Below are positions 48,136-58,612 of a stretch of DNA of 64,000 nt, one piece after another. Within the stretch, counting starts at the first letter, position 1. Each line of letters begins with the position of its first letter. The notes under the pieces were generated by a model, which saw nothing but the letters and a program-made list of their open reading frames with translations, ran no database searches and was not told the DNA's origin. A program made the position numbers and the translations under genes. Source of the stretch: a virus (Duplodnaviria > Caudoviricetes); IMG/VR virus record IMGVR_UViG_3300008259_003073, one strand, 5' to 3'.

Positions 48136-50163
48136 TTATAAAGCTCTTCCTTTTATATCTTTGTTAGGGTATCTTACTTCGAAAACACAAGGGTCTAATG
48201 ATGGGTATACCACTTTACCTCTAGTTGCTTCATCGATATTGTATTTATTTGGTGAATAATTTCCATCTCCACCACATAAGTTTGAAATCTTAACAGATGG
48301 AACACTCATGACTCCTTCTACATTTGCAAGTATTAATTCTAATTCAGAAATGTTTATTGGTTTATTGAATGTCCAATTATCTATATTAAAATAATCTTGT
48401 ATTTTAACTAAACAATTAGCAACCACTTCTCTTTTATTGTAATTTGAATAACATATTACATCAAAGTCAACACCTATGTTTACAATGAATCCATCAATCA
48501 TATTTACCGCATCGGTAATCAATCGATATTCACCTAAATAAGTTTTAAGATTTTGTTTAACTGCTTGATTTAAATTTACCAAATGTTTGTTAGAATCATA
48601 CCCCAAAACATACATATTGATAGCAAATGGATTATTTACTTCATTTAATGATGATTTTTTAGTTGAAAGGTATTTAATTAATTGTCCTTGAATATCCGAT
48701 TTACTCATACCCTTAAATCCATCTACTAAATTAGTAAATTCTGCAATAGATGCTGGGCTAGATAAAATAGATGCAGGTGAATTGTTGTCTATCTCTCCAT
48801 CTTGAGATACATACACCTTCGCAACTGAACCATATCTTTCTGGCAATGATAATGCTCTTACTATATAATCCTGTTTAGTTACTGCTCTGTTTTGTGAACC
48901 AAATGTTGCTAAAGCGTTTTGTCTGATTTCTTCAATAGATTCTGCCCCTCTACCACCTATTGCAGGTTCTAAATTTTCTACTGCAATTGATGATTTGAAT
49001 GAGTTATACATACCAACAATGTCCGTTGGGATAGCCAGTAAATCATCATCGAATTCAATTTTTTGAATTTTTGTTAAATCACCAACATTAACATTTGATG
49101 CAATTCCTCCACCTGTTAAGTATTTTATACTCAACACTTGCCCAGCAGGTGCTATGCCAAATGTGTTTGTTTTTAAAAAGTTAGATGGGTCAATTCCTTG
49201 ATTCAATCTATTAATAGAATTTGCCAAACCTAATCCTATATTTTTTGTATTAGGTAGTATTTGCTCATCTCTTAAATTAACATCACCACTACCAAATTGT
49301 ATTTCAGTTGTATTATCCGAATTAATTTTTACAGAAAATCTACGAGGTACTTTTTGTACTTCTAAAATATATGGTACTGAACCAGAATACTGTGATAAAT
49401 CATTCACATTGGGTTGTTCTACAAATATACTTTCTTGAGCCAAATATGGAACTTCATAATATCTGTTGTTATTGGAATCAGTTATTGATACTATTTGTAT
49501 GATATTAGTTTCGGATAATTGAATAGATGGGTAATCAGTATCACTACCCAATGTAATAGCAGTAGTATTTTCTTTAGCTGAAATGGCTTTAATTTTTTTG
49601 GATACTAAATATTGAGTAGGGGTACCAGTTGTAGCATCCCTTTCGTATACTTCAATTGTTCTATCCGTTGGATTTTCAAAATCGATTGCATCGGTAGTTA
49701 TAAAAGATACATTACTATTTGTGGAGGATTGTACCTCAAATCCAGCTTTTATTTTAAAATAAAATCTACTATCTGCGGAATAATTAACACCACCATTTTC
49801 AACTTCAAAAACCGATGGTATTAATTGATAAACAGTCAGTGTGGTTATAGCGGGTGAAGTTACTTTAGGTTTATATCCCATAGATTGAGCCAATGAAACC
49901 ACATTTTTACGTTCCGTAGCATGGGATAACATTGATTCTTTTAATTGAGTATCTTGGTAAAATGAAAGAACATCTCCAATTGCAGCAGCCTGTTCAATAA
50001 ACACCATACCAGGTGATGCTTCATTAAAATCTGAATATGTATTTGGGAAATAGGTTTTAGTAAAATCTATTAAATTTTGCTTAAACGTGGCAAAATCTTT
50101 ACCAATGTAATTGATGTTTTTAGTATCACTACCCCAACTTTTGTTTGATGGATTAATTGCCAT
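48136..50163 (-). CDS. Baseplate wedge protein (T4 gp6/baseplate J-like)
   Basis: KDF..FK..L, GGRGAES.EEIR, RAVT..DY, GSVAKVYV. Confidence 0.8.
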   Translation of the reverse strand: MAINPSNKSWGSDTKNINYIGKDFATFKQNLIDFTKTYFPNTYSDFNEASPGMVFIEQAAAIGDVLSFYQDTQLKESMLSHATERKNVVSLAQSMGYKPKVTSPAITTLTVYQLIPSVFEVENGGVNYSADSRFYFKIKAGFEVQSSTNSNVSFITTDAIDFENPTDRTIEVYERDATTGTPTQYLVSKKIKAISAKENTTAITLGSDTDYPSIQLSETNIIQIVSITDSNNNRYYEVPYLAQESIFVEQPNVNDLSQYSGSVPYILEVQKVPRRFSVKINSDNTTEIQFGSGDVNLRDEQILPNTKNIGLGLANSINRLNQGIDPSNFLKTNTFGIAPAGQVLSIKYLTGGGIASNVNVGDLTKIQKIEFDDDLLAIPTDIVGMYNSFKSSIAVENLEPAIGGRGAESIEEIRQNALATFGSQNRAVTKQDYIVRALSLPERYGSVAKVYVSQDGEIDNNSPASILSSPASIAEFTNLVDGFKGMSKSDIQGQLIKYLSTKKSSLNEVNNPFAINMYVLGYDSNKHLVNLNQAVKQNLKTYLGEYRLITDAVNMIDGFIVNIGVDFDVICYSNYNKREVVANCLVKIQDYFNIDNWTFNKPINISELELILANVEGVMSVPSVKISNLCGGDGNYSPNKYNIDEATRGKVVYPSLDPCVFEVRYPNKDIKGRAL

Positions 50164-50165
50164 TA

Positions 50166-50603
50166 CTAATTATTTATGTTTATTTGTACTGATTCTGTTA
50201 AATTTGGATTTGATGCTAAAGAAAATTGAATGTCCAATGATATTCTGTTTGTATCAATATCATTATCATCGTAATCAAATACTATTGAAGTTAAACTTAA
50301 ATATGGTAACCAAGTATCAACTGCATCTACAATAGATGTTTCAATTCTTGACTCAATAGTAGCACCGTCCATCTGTTCAAATAACACCAACCAAACATCA
50401 CACCCAAATTCAGGATTCATTAATCTTTCTCCTTTTTTTGTTAGGATTAGGTTTTTTAAATTATCTTTTGCTTGAGTTAGAGTAGTATAATTTGTAGAAA
50501 ATACACCATTAGAATTTGAAGATTTGTTTATCCCAATTCCTAATACTTTATAATCATTTTCAGCTAAATCCGCTACTTTTACATTACCTAACTCTATTGC
50601 CAT
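50166..50603 (-). CDS. Baseplate gp25/GPW-like protein
   Basis: NLKNLILTKKGERLMNPEFG, WLPY. Confidence 0.85.
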   Translation of the reverse strand: MAIELGNVKVADLAENDYKVLGIGINKSSNSNGVFSTNYTTLTQAKDNLKNLILTKKGERLMNPEFGCDVWLVLFEQMDGATIESRIETSIVDAVDTWLPYLSLTSIVFDYDDNDIDTNRISLDIQFSLASNPNLTESVQININN

Positions 50604-51127
50604 TATTTAAATCTTTTTACTAATTCTGAATAATCTCTTGATAATGCCTTTATTGTAGCATCTTGTAATCCATCACCCGTAGATTCAAAGTTTGGAACAT
50701 TAGATGGTACATTTACCTCTCTAAAATCCATAGTTTCCCATTCACTCTCATCAACTCTTAATTCAGGTTTAATCATATCTAATACACTCCCAACTGCTTG
50801 AGCACCTTCCTTACGTTGTTCTGATGAAAATGGTTGGGTCATATTTAGAATCTCATTTATCATCGGGTCTTTTGAAAATTCCTTTTTGATTTGAGGTTTT
50901 TGTTGAGGTTGTACCACCTTTCTACTTTGTTGTAAAGCATTATTCGCAGCTGCAAATGGGTCTACTGATTTAATAGCCTCCTTTAAAGTAGGTGCGGTTG
51001 ATGCTTTAGGTAAATTTGGAGTAACTGCACCAGATTTGATAAGTTTAGCAACTTCCTCTTTTACTTGTGCTTTTACTTCATTCTTAACCACTTCTTTAAT
51101 TAGTGATACTAAAATGTCTGATTTCAT
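50603..51127 (-). CDS. Hypothetical protein
   Basis: 174-aa ORF; ATATTTATT variant at 51150-51158. Confidence 0.6.
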   Translation of the reverse strand: MKSDILVSLIKEVVKNEVKAQVKEEVAKLIKSGAVTPNLPKASTAPTLKEAIKSVDPFAAANNALQQSRKVVQPQQKPQIKKEFSKDPMINEILNMTQPFSSEQRKEGAQAVGSVLDMIKPELRVDESEWETMDFREVNVPSNVPNFESTGDGLQDATIKALSRDYSELVKRFK

Positions 51128-51181
51128 AAAAATTATTGTTCTGTTTGTTAATAAATATAATAAGTTAAAATTTACACCGAT

Positions 51182-52168
51182 TTATCTTGAGGCAAGTAGT
51201 GTAGATGATTCTATTAGTTCTGCTTCATCTCCATATATTATAGATTTTATAGCTGCTGCGATTTCTGGTTCTTGAGTTTGCTCACCTTCTATAAATCCTT
51301 TAGCGATAGCAGTTCCAATTGCAGAAAGTGTATCAGTTTGATTTTCCGTTTGAGTTATAGCACTCGTTGCATCTAATGCAGTATCTACACCAACTATTGC
51401 TATACCACCCGCGAGTGATACCATATCTTTAAAATCTAAAGAAGATAATGGACTACCACTAAATGGTTTAACAAAATAACCAGCCCATGGTAAAACTCCA
51501 GGAGCAGGTGGGGCAGGTGGAGGGTATGTACAATTACAAGTAAATAATCCACCTACCGTTAGTAAATGTACTGATGCGGATATTATAAAATTTAATAAAA
51601 ATGGTGAAATACTAGCCATTGGTGGTACAACAATTGGTGTCCATATTCCAGGAGATAAATTCAAACCAGTATTTGTTGTTAAATTTGCAACTGCACCAAT
51701 ACATGGTATATTTGGAACAGGTATTTTAGCAGAAGTTGCACCTAACCAATATGCCTGAATCGCAGGTCCAATATCTCTTAACAAATCTCCAGTTTTACTT
51801 AATGTAGTTGTATTCAAAATTAAAAGTAAAGTTGACTCCATTAAAGCAACATTGCCTCCTGTGAATGGAACACCTCCTATCAAAGTTTTACCACCTCGTA
51901 TAGCTTTATCATATTCTTCGGTTAAAGATTGAGCGAATGAGTAGTTGTTTGCTATATTATTTAAATCTGTTTCAGGGAAAAAATCACCAATAACACCAGT
52001 ATCACCCAATACAGAAGTACCTCCCACAACCGAAGAAGCTACCGCTGCTATTTTAGATTTAGCAACATTTTCTGCCATTTCTAATGACATATTTAAATAA
52101 AAGTCCGACCAACTATTAGAAATTCCTCCTTTAAAAAGTTGTTTTGCCGCATTTAAATTTATAGCCAT
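51182..52168 (-). CDS. Hypothetical virion-associated protein
   Basis: A/G-rich ORF in the baseplate operon. Confidence 0.5.
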   Translation of the reverse strand: MAINLNAAKQLFKGGISNSWSDFYLNMSLEMAENVAKSKIAAVASSVVGGTSVLGDTGVIGDFFPETDLNNIANNYSFAQSLTEEYDKAIRGGKTLIGGVPFTGGNVALMESTLLLILNTTTLSKTGDLLRDIGPAIQAYWLGATSAKIPVPNIPCIGAVANLTTNTGLNLSPGIWTPIVVPPMASISPFLLNFIISASVHLLTVGGLFTCNCTYPPPAPPAPGVLPWAGYFVKPFSGSPLSSLDFKDMVSLAGGIAIVGVDTALDATSAITQTENQTDTLSAIGTAIAKGFIEGEQTQEPEIAAAIKSIIYGDEAELIESSTLLASR

Positions 52169-53412
52169 TAGGTTTTACTTAAATAATTATTAGCAGATAA
52201 TATGGTTTTTAATTGTGAGTTTATTGATTGAAATGCTGCAGCGTTTTCTGGACCAACTTTCGATGGACCAGATGGTGTTAAGTAATTTTGTTGTAAAATC
52301 GCACTTATTAAATCTTTTAATATCTTAACAAGTTCCCCACCCAATACCATTTGTTGTACAGCCGCTCCTTCTTGTCCTACTCCACTATTCTTTCCTATAA
52401 ATACTTTACCACTATCGGAATTAAGAAATATCTGATTAGAACCTTTTGAGTGTAATGTTATATTTTTATTATTGTGAATATAAACTTCTTGCTCTGCATC
52501 AACTGTAAAATTACCATCAGTTAGTATTCCAGTATTTCCTTTTCCAAATATAATAAATTCACTTGCTTTTGATGAAAGGATTATTCTATCTGAATTTATA
52601 AATAATTGGTCACCTTTTAACGAATCGGATGATGGATATCCTTTGAATGCAGTTTTAGTTTTAGCTACGGTTTCTTTAAAAGGTACTTTAACTTTATTAG
52701 AAGTTATATAAATTGATGTACCATCTTTGTTAATATCTTCATCTACTAATTCACCTATTTTTTTTGAATCTAATTCTGGATTCTGTTTATTACGAATGAA
52801 TATAGATGGGGATGATGTTTTACTATCTTCAGTTAAAAAAAACTCACTAAAACGAATTGTGTTGCCAACTCTACCACTTATAATAGTATCACCGTTTGAT
52901 GGTTTTAAAAATTTAATTTTTTCATTTACCGAATACTCGTTTTTATCTTTAGTTTTAGTTTTTGCATTTGTCTTACCACCAGTAGCAGCAGTATTAGCCA
53001 TAGAACCACCACCTTGTTTTCCAGCAGGCACTTCTACATCTTCCTCTAACGTAGCGTAATAGGTTGTGTAATCTCTTCTATAATTTGAATAAGGAGTATT
53101 GGTATATGGTAGATAAAATGATTGATTGTGTAATTTTACTATCACTACCGTTTCTCCTTTGATTGGAAATGTAAAATTATTTTTATCAAATGGAAATGCG
53201 TAATCATCTACTTTGATATTACTTTCTCTTCGATAAGTAATGGCACCGTACATTCTAGCATCTTTGTCAGAAAATGCTTTATTATCGTTGTATACCGAAA
53301 TAGCATCAAGTCCAGCTTCACCTGCTTCTTTAGTTAATAATTCGGTTGTTGTACCATATACATTATCTACTGTTGCTAAAAATCCAAATATGTTACTTTG
53401 GGTATCTGCCAT
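52168..53412 (-). CDS. Baseplate hub/spike protein (gp5-like)
   Basis: OB-fold-like FPIKGETV; GDTIISGRVGN.IRF; beta-helix-like repeats; VLGGEL..L..L C-terminus. Confidence 0.6.
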   Translation of the reverse strand: MADTQSNIFGFLATVDNVYGTTTELLTKEAGEAGLDAISVYNDNKAFSDKDARMYGAITYRRESNIKVDDYAFPFDKNNFTFPIKGETVVIVKLHNQSFYLPYTNTPYSNYRRDYTTYYATLEEDVEVPAGKQGGGSMANTAATGGKTNAKTKTKDKNEYSVNEKIKFLKPSNGDTIISGRVGNTIRFSEFFLTEDSKTSSPSIFIRNKQNPELDSKKIGELVDEDINKDGTSIYITSNKVKVPFKETVAKTKTAFKGYPSSDSLKGDQLFINSDRIILSSKASEFIIFGKGNTGILTDGNFTVDAEQEVYIHNNKNITLHSKGSNQIFLNSDSGKVFIGKNSGVGQEGAAVQQMVLGGELVKILKDLISAILQQNYLTPSGPSKVGPENAAAFQSINSQLKTILSANNYLSKT

Positions 53413-53816
53413 TATAATTTAGTTTTTATCTCTTCAATTTCGACCTGAATATCTAATAACTTTTCATCGTTCTTCTTGTCCAATTCATTTACCGTATCTT
53501 CTAATTCGGTAAGCAATTGAGCCTTTTCATGTTCACTCAACCAACCATCTTCACCTATACCTTTAGCTTCAGCCTGTGCCAATCTCTGTGCAATTGTAGC
53601 CAACTTAATTAAATGGTCATCATTCTTAATGGATGAATCGATTAGGTCTCTAATAATGGGAGCTATTACAGTTGCTTCACCTACACTTTTAATTAACTTA
53701 CGAAGTGATTCAATCATTTCTGAAATGTTCTTCTTCTTTACTTGTTGATTATCGTAAATATCTTTGAATAGTGATGATAAGTTTTTACCATCAAATAATT
53801 GAAATTCTGCGCTCAT
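53412..53816 (-). CDS. Hypothetical helical protein
   Basis: 134-aa ORF coupled to the gp5-like gene. Confidence 0.6.
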   Translation of the reverse strand: MSAEFQLFDGKNLSSLFKDIYDNQQVKKKNISEMIESLRKLIKSVGEATVIAPIIRDLIDSSIKNDDHLIKLATIAQRLAQAEAKGIGEDGWLSEHEKAQLLTELEDTVNELDKKNDEKLLDIQVEIEEIKTKL

Positions 53817-53875
53817 ATTATGTTGTTCTTTACTATATAATTATAAAGTTATTCACTTATTAGATTGTATTCGTA

Positions 53876-55573
53876 TTATATCTTACTTATTATGTAATTA
53901 CCAATAACTAAATAATCCATATCACAATTTTTAAATGTGTTAACCGCAGTGTACGGGTCATTAACCATTGTTTGTCCTCTTAAATTAAAAGATGTATTCA
54001 ATAGTATAGGTGTTCCACTTACTTTTTCAAATGCTTTTAACAATTCATAATACAGAGGATTTTGTTGACTTTTTACCGTTTGAATTCGTGCACTATTATC
54101 TACATGAGTTACGGATGGGATTGGTATTTCGGAAATTACTTGTACAACCTGATTCATGTATGGAACATCTTCTTCTGATTTAAAGTATTGTTGATAATCT
54201 TCGTGAGTTACGGATGGAGCAAATGGTCTAAACATTTCCCTCTTTTTGACAACCTTATTTATCCTATCTCTAACATCTGGTAAATGTGGATTGGCTAAAA
54301 TAGAACGATTACCTAATGCTCTTGCACCGAATTCAGTTCTACCTTGAAACCATCCTATGATATTACCTTCATTGATTAACTCTGCGGTTTTATTTAATAA
54401 CTCATCTGAATTTTTATAGTATTTAAACGATATATCTCCGATTCTATCTATAATGTTTAATACATATTCTTTACTAAATTCGGGTCCTAAATATGGGGAT
54501 TGGTTATCACCACCTTTTACTTTAGGATTTCCAATTACATCATGCCACACATATAAACATGCTCCAATTGCAGAACCCGCATCAGATGGTGCGTATGGAA
54601 TCCAAACATTTTTTATTGCACAATGTTTTTTTATTTTACCATTAGCAGTTCCATTATATGCACATCCTCCACCTAATACTAAATTTGAATTATCGGAATG
54701 ACTGCATGAGTTATTGATAATATAATACAAACATCTCTCATACCATCGTTGTAAAGCAGCAGCTAAATCCATATGATGTTGTTCTAATTTAGATTCAGGT
54801 TCACGTGGTTCAAATCCTATCAATTTAACCAAATCCAATGTAAACATATCCGTATTAGAATACTCCCATGTAAAATACTTCTGATTTATATCAACCAAAT
54901 TAACAGTATCCAATGATGCGAATGTATCAAATAATTCGTTATATTTTGAAGAATCTCCGTATGGAGCCAATCCCATTACTTTGTACTCACCACTATTTGG
55001 TTTAAATCCCAAATATGAAGTTATAGTTGAATATATTAATCCCAATGAATTTGGGAATTTGACTGTTTTAATTTCAATAATACCATTTGAATTACATTCT
55101 GCAATGGATATGGTATCCCATTCACCAACCCCATCAATTGAAATTCCAATAGCTTTATCAAAAGGTGAGGTATAAAAAGATAAAGCCAAATGAGATAAGT
55201 GATGTTTTGTAAATGTAATTACTCCATCGTATCCAATAGCATCTTTTATATATTTTTTTAAATTACCTTGAGTTGCTTTAAATTCTTTTTTAAATTTATT
55301 CCAAGTTTTGAAATACTTAATCCATCTCTTTCCTAATGTCTTACTAACTCTATCATATTTGATATTTGGTACTTCATACCAACACACCATATCAACTTCA
55401 TCTATTGTAATTTGTGCATGAGATAGACATGCTTCTATGGCCTTAAACGGAAAAGAGTTGTCGTGCTTTATACCCGACAACTTCTCTTCTTCTATTGCAA
55501 ATACTACCTTACCATCTATAACTAATGCCGCAGCTGAATCGTGGTAAAATGCTGATAATCCTAATTGAATCAT
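53876..55573 (-). CDS. O-carbamoyltransferase (CmcH/NodU/TobZ family)
   Basis: YHDSAAAL, HHLSH, DGVGE, GEYKVMGLAPYG, EFGARALGNRSIL, RPFAP, LLNTSFN. Confidence 0.92.
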   Translation of the reverse strand: MIQLGLSAFYHDSAAALVIDGKVVFAIEEEKLSGIKHDNSFPFKAIEACLSHAQITIDEVDMVCWYEVPNIKYDRVSKTLGKRWIKYFKTWNKFKKEFKATQGNLKKYIKDAIGYDGVITFTKHHLSHLALSFYTSPFDKAIGISIDGVGEWDTISIAECNSNGIIEIKTVKFPNSLGLIYSTITSYLGFKPNSGEYKVMGLAPYGDSSKYNELFDTFASLDTVNLVDINQKYFTWEYSNTDMFTLDLVKLIGFEPREPESKLEQHHMDLAAALQRWYERCLYYIINNSCSHSDNSNLVLGGGCAYNGTANGKIKKHCAIKNVWIPYAPSDAGSAIGACLYVWHDVIGNPKVKGGDNQSPYLGPEFSKEYVLNIIDRIGDISFKYYKNSDELLNKTAELINEGNIIGWFQGRTEFGARALGNRSILANPHLPDVRDRINKVVKKREMFRPFAPSVTHEDYQQYFKSEEDVPYMNQVVQVISEIPIPSVTHVDNSARIQTVKSQQNPLYYELLKAFEKVSGTPILLNTSFNLRGQTMVNDPYTAVNTFKNCDMDYLVIGNYIISKI

Positions 55574-55577
55574 AATC

Positions 55578-56267
55578 TTAAATTTTTATGTCACCATCTC
55601 TTTCGAACTCATTATATAGTTCCATTTGTCTTTCTCTCATCTTATTAACAACTTTAGTAATATAATGAGTTGGGTGTCCTGTCATTTCTCTAATAAGTAG
55701 ATATAATGATTTTTTATTAAAATTTTCTATGTATTCTGCTCTTCTAAATAATTCCAATACGGAATCTGCTATTTGTAAATCTCTTTTTTTAGGAAAGAAG
55801 TTTTCCAAATGTTTATCCCAATAGTTCAACATTACTACATTAAAAGTTCTATGGTCATCATTACGAACTTCTTCTGTAAAATTGTTTTCAGTATCCCAAT
55901 GGTCTGGCATTGCAGACATTATATCGGTATCTTTGTATCTTTTGTAATTTGCGTTGTTATTTAAAATTAAATAATTCCTAGCAACAATTGTAAAATACGA
56001 AAAGGCTTTACCCTTTCCATTTTTATACATATGAATCTTCTCAATCATAAACGCAACTACTTCACACATCACATCCTGTGGGTCATCATCGAAATATGAA
56101 AACTTCCATTTGTTATAAACTATTTCTGCTAGTTTATCAAATGCAGGTTTAATTCTATCTCTATATAATAAATCTTTAACACGCTGATTATCCGATAGAT
56201 TATATTCGATAATAGCTTGTTCCGTATCTGATGTAAAGTATTGTTTATTTTTGGCTTTTCTAGGCAT
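55578..56267 (-). CDS. Putative phage sigma factor (T4 gp55-like, region 2)
   Basis: QAIIEY, KGKAFSYFTIVARNYL resembles the gp55 region 2 core-binding segment. Confidence 0.6.
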   Translation of the reverse strand: MPRKAKNKQYFTSDTEQAIIEYNLSDNQRVKDLLYRDRIKPAFDKLAEIVYNKWKFSYFDDDPQDVMCEVVAFMIEKIHMYKNGKGKAFSYFTIVARNYLILNNNANYKRYKDTDIMSAMPDHWDTENNFTEEVRNDDHRTFNVVMLNYWDKHLENFFPKKRDLQIADSVLELFRRAEYIENFNKKSLYLLIREMTGHPTHYITKVVNKMRERQMELYNEFERDGDIKI

Positions 56268-56268
56268 T

Positions 56269-56511
56269 TTAATTAAATTGTTTGAATCTTTCGATAGTTT
56301 CTTTTATTTGATAAAATATAGAACCTACTTCATCATCCTTCTCAAACATTTCACGACTATCAATTTGTCGTAATGCCTCCAGTAATGCTTCGTTTCTTTG
56401 AGTTTCTATTTCTACAAACTCTTCGTATTTTTCTAACTTTTTTAATAAGTTAAAAATAATGTAAATACATAATACGAATAATAAGGTGATTATAAATAAA
56501 GCTATTTCCAT
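56269..56511 (-). CDS. Small membrane-anchored protein
   Basis: N-terminal hydrophobic helix plus charged coiled coil. Confidence 0.55.
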   Translation of the reverse strand: MEIALFIITLLFVLCIYIIFNLLKKLEKYEEFVEIETQRNEALLEALRQIDSREMFEKDDEVGSIFYQIKETIERFKQFN

Positions 56512-56513
56512 AA

Positions 56514-57161
56514 TTACACTATTTCATATCCTTGTAAAAAATAATTATTTGCTTTTTTGTATTTAACCTCAACCAGTTCACCAGTTGGTGATTTCATTAC
56601 AATTTTATCATTTCTACCATAATTATTTTTCTTTACGATAGTTGTAGAATAAACCCTATCTTTAATAGTTATTCCATCTAAATGGTCAATTTCATGCTGA
56701 ACGATAACAGTCATCATTGTTTCAATTGAAACTCTTTCATCAGCTTTATCTCCTTCTGGATTGATTTCAAATTCCAATTCTCCCAAATTATCAGTTTGAA
56801 CTTTAATTTTACAAGACCTAATAGTTCGTAATGGGTTTTCAATGGTTTTAGGAATGGATAAACATCCTTCATAAAAAAGAAATCCTTCTTTAGACCGTTC
56901 TGTAATAACGGGATTCACTAAAAATAGTTCTCTACTATCTTCATCGTACCCAAACTTAATATAACATGCTCTTTTTTTAATACCCAATTGAGTTGCAGAT
57001 ATACCTAATCCTGGGTATTCGTTTAATCCATCTTTCAGAGTTTGTTCTAATTCATCTGCTTCTTTAGCAGTAATTTCGGTTTTGGGGACGCGTGTTAAAA
57101 GAAACTCGCTAAATTCTTTAGATTGTAATCCGTTTGATGCTTTGTCTGTAATTAATTTCAT
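56514..57161 (-). CDS. def: Peptide deformylase with extra C-terminal domain
   Basis: GLGISATQLG, EGCLS, QHEIDHLDG. Confidence 0.92.
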   Translation of the reverse strand: MKLITDKASNGLQSKEFSEFLLTRVPKTEITAKEADELEQTLKDGLNEYPGLGISATQLGIKKRACYIKFGYDEDSRELFLVNPVITERSKEGFLFYEGCLSIPKTIENPLRTIRSCKIKVQTDNLGELEFEINPEGDKADERVSIETMMTVIVQHEIDHLDGITIKDRVYSTTIVKKNNYGRNDKIVMKSPTGELVEVKYKKANNYFLQGYEIV

Positions 57162-57165
57162 ATTT

Positions 57166-57375
57166 TTATTTATTTTTAAGTCCGTATTTTATAAATTTAT
57201 ACCATATTCTTTCATGTAGAAAGTATTGTATGGGTTTGTACACTAATTCAACCACTCCGAAAGCAGCACCTATTTTAATAGAACCACTTATCCACCACAT
57301 TATTAAGAATCCAATTAAAGTACTTACAATGCGGTATGAGATGGTTTTAGCTATGTGTCTTTTTACCTGTGGCAT
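57166..57375 (-). CDS. DUF2061-like small membrane protein
   Basis: RHIAKTISYR..T, E...K...Y.LHERIW. Confidence 0.75.
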   Translation of the reverse strand: MPQVKRHIAKTISYRIVSTLIGFLIMWWISGSIKIGAAFGVVELVYKPIQYFLHERIWYKFIKYGLKNK

Positions 57376-57712
57376 CTATTTCTCCATTTCTGATTGCAGT
57401 TCCACTAATTTCGGCTATATTTGTGGGTGGTTCGTGATAAATTACATCATACCCTACTCCTCTACCATAATTTACTGATTCAATATCAGGAATAATTGAT
57501 ATATGAATTTTATCCCAATTATCAATAAAAAAAGATTCTTTAGTTAAATCTATCATAACCTGTTGAGCAGTTTTTGGATTATTCTCATCTGTTGGAACAT
57601 CTCTAATTGCTAACCAAACATTTTTACCCTTTTCTAATTGTTGATTGATTAACCACTCATGTCCTTTGTGCCAATTCTGCCATCTTCCGATGTATAGTGC
57701 GTATTTTTTCAT
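57347..57712 (-). CDS. Cytidylyltransferase-like (HIGH-type) nucleotidyltransferase
   Basis: IGRWQNWHKGH, ISGTAIR. Confidence 0.75.
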   Translation of the reverse strand: MKKYALYIGRWQNWHKGHEWLINQQLEKGKNVWLAIRDVPTDENNPKTAQQVMIDLTKESFFIDNWDKIHISIIPDIESVNYGRGVGYDVIYHEPPTNIAEISGTAIRNGEIDATGKKTHS

Positions 57713-58608
57713 AACATTATTTTTATAAAAGGTAAAATTGCTAATTCTTTTCCTTTTGCTTCAACCATAATGTCCAAATCCAACTCGTATGTATTGGGGA
57801 GGGCATTAATAAGATAGGAATGTGCTTGCGGTTTTTCTTTTGGGTTGTTTTCATGTAATGCCTTCGATTCTGAATAATGAACTTCTTGCGTAATACCTTT
57901 TGGCCAAGTAGTTGCTGCTAATTTAAGAGCTTCTTCTTCCGTTAATCCACCTGTACAAAATTGGTGGTGGTGATAATCGAAAACAATAGGAATACCAGTA
58001 TGTTCGTGGATATACATCAAATCTTTAACAGAGTACATAGATGCTTTATCATCATTCTCCAATGTCAATCGTTTTTGTACGCTTGGTGAGAGTCTTTTGA
58101 AGTTTTGTATCAATCTATCCATTGCAGACTTTTTATCTCCGTAGACACCATTACAATGGATATTTATATTGTTGTAATGTGTTTTTGATAACCCCATCAT
58201 ATCAAAAATCTTACCATGTAGTTCCAAATCGGCAAAAGTCTTTTGAATAACTTCTTCGTTTGGAGATGGTAATACATTAAATGGACCTGGATGTGAATTA
58301 ATACGGATATTATGAAATTTAGCAAAATCACCTGCTTTTTTAAGCTCTGATTTGATTTCTTTGTAATCCTTTAATTGAGTAATGTCGAAATTATCACCCC
58401 ACGGAATGATAGTAGATGAAAGACGGAAGAACTTAATACCATTCATCCTATTCCACTCTAAAATCTTAATAACATCCTTTGCATTGAGTAATGCAAGTTC
58501 GGAAACGTAATCTAAACCTTTTTGATTGAAGGTTTTTTTGACCATTGTACGATTAGTGGTAATTTTCTTACCTACGGTCATATTAATACATGCATATCCT
58601 ATATTCAT
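57709..58608 (-). CDS. uvsE: UV damage endonuclease
   Basis: IGYACIN, FRLSS, HPG.F..L.SP, LENDD, FDYHHH, HYSE, QAHS. Confidence 0.92.
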   Translation of the reverse strand: MNIGYACINMTVGKKITTNRTMVKKTFNQKGLDYVSELALLNAKDVIKILEWNRMNGIKFFRLSSTIIPWGDNFDITQLKDYKEIKSELKKAGDFAKFHNIRINSHPGPFNVLPSPNEEVIQKTFADLELHGKIFDMMGLSKTHYNNINIHCNGVYGDKKSAMDRLIQNFKRLSPSVQKRLTLENDDKASMYSVKDLMYIHEHTGIPIVFDYHHHQFCTGGLTEEEALKLAATTWPKGITQEVHYSESKALHENNPKEKPQAHSYLINALPNTYELDLDIMVEAKGKELAILPFIKIML

Positions 58609-58612
58609 ATGT

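Noticed and set aside
13463-50335. Short alternate-frame minus-strand ORFs (13463..13687, 16668..16883, 22434..22616, 50111..50335)
   Set aside because: Nested in or overlapping well-supported genes in another frame, with no protein-like signal
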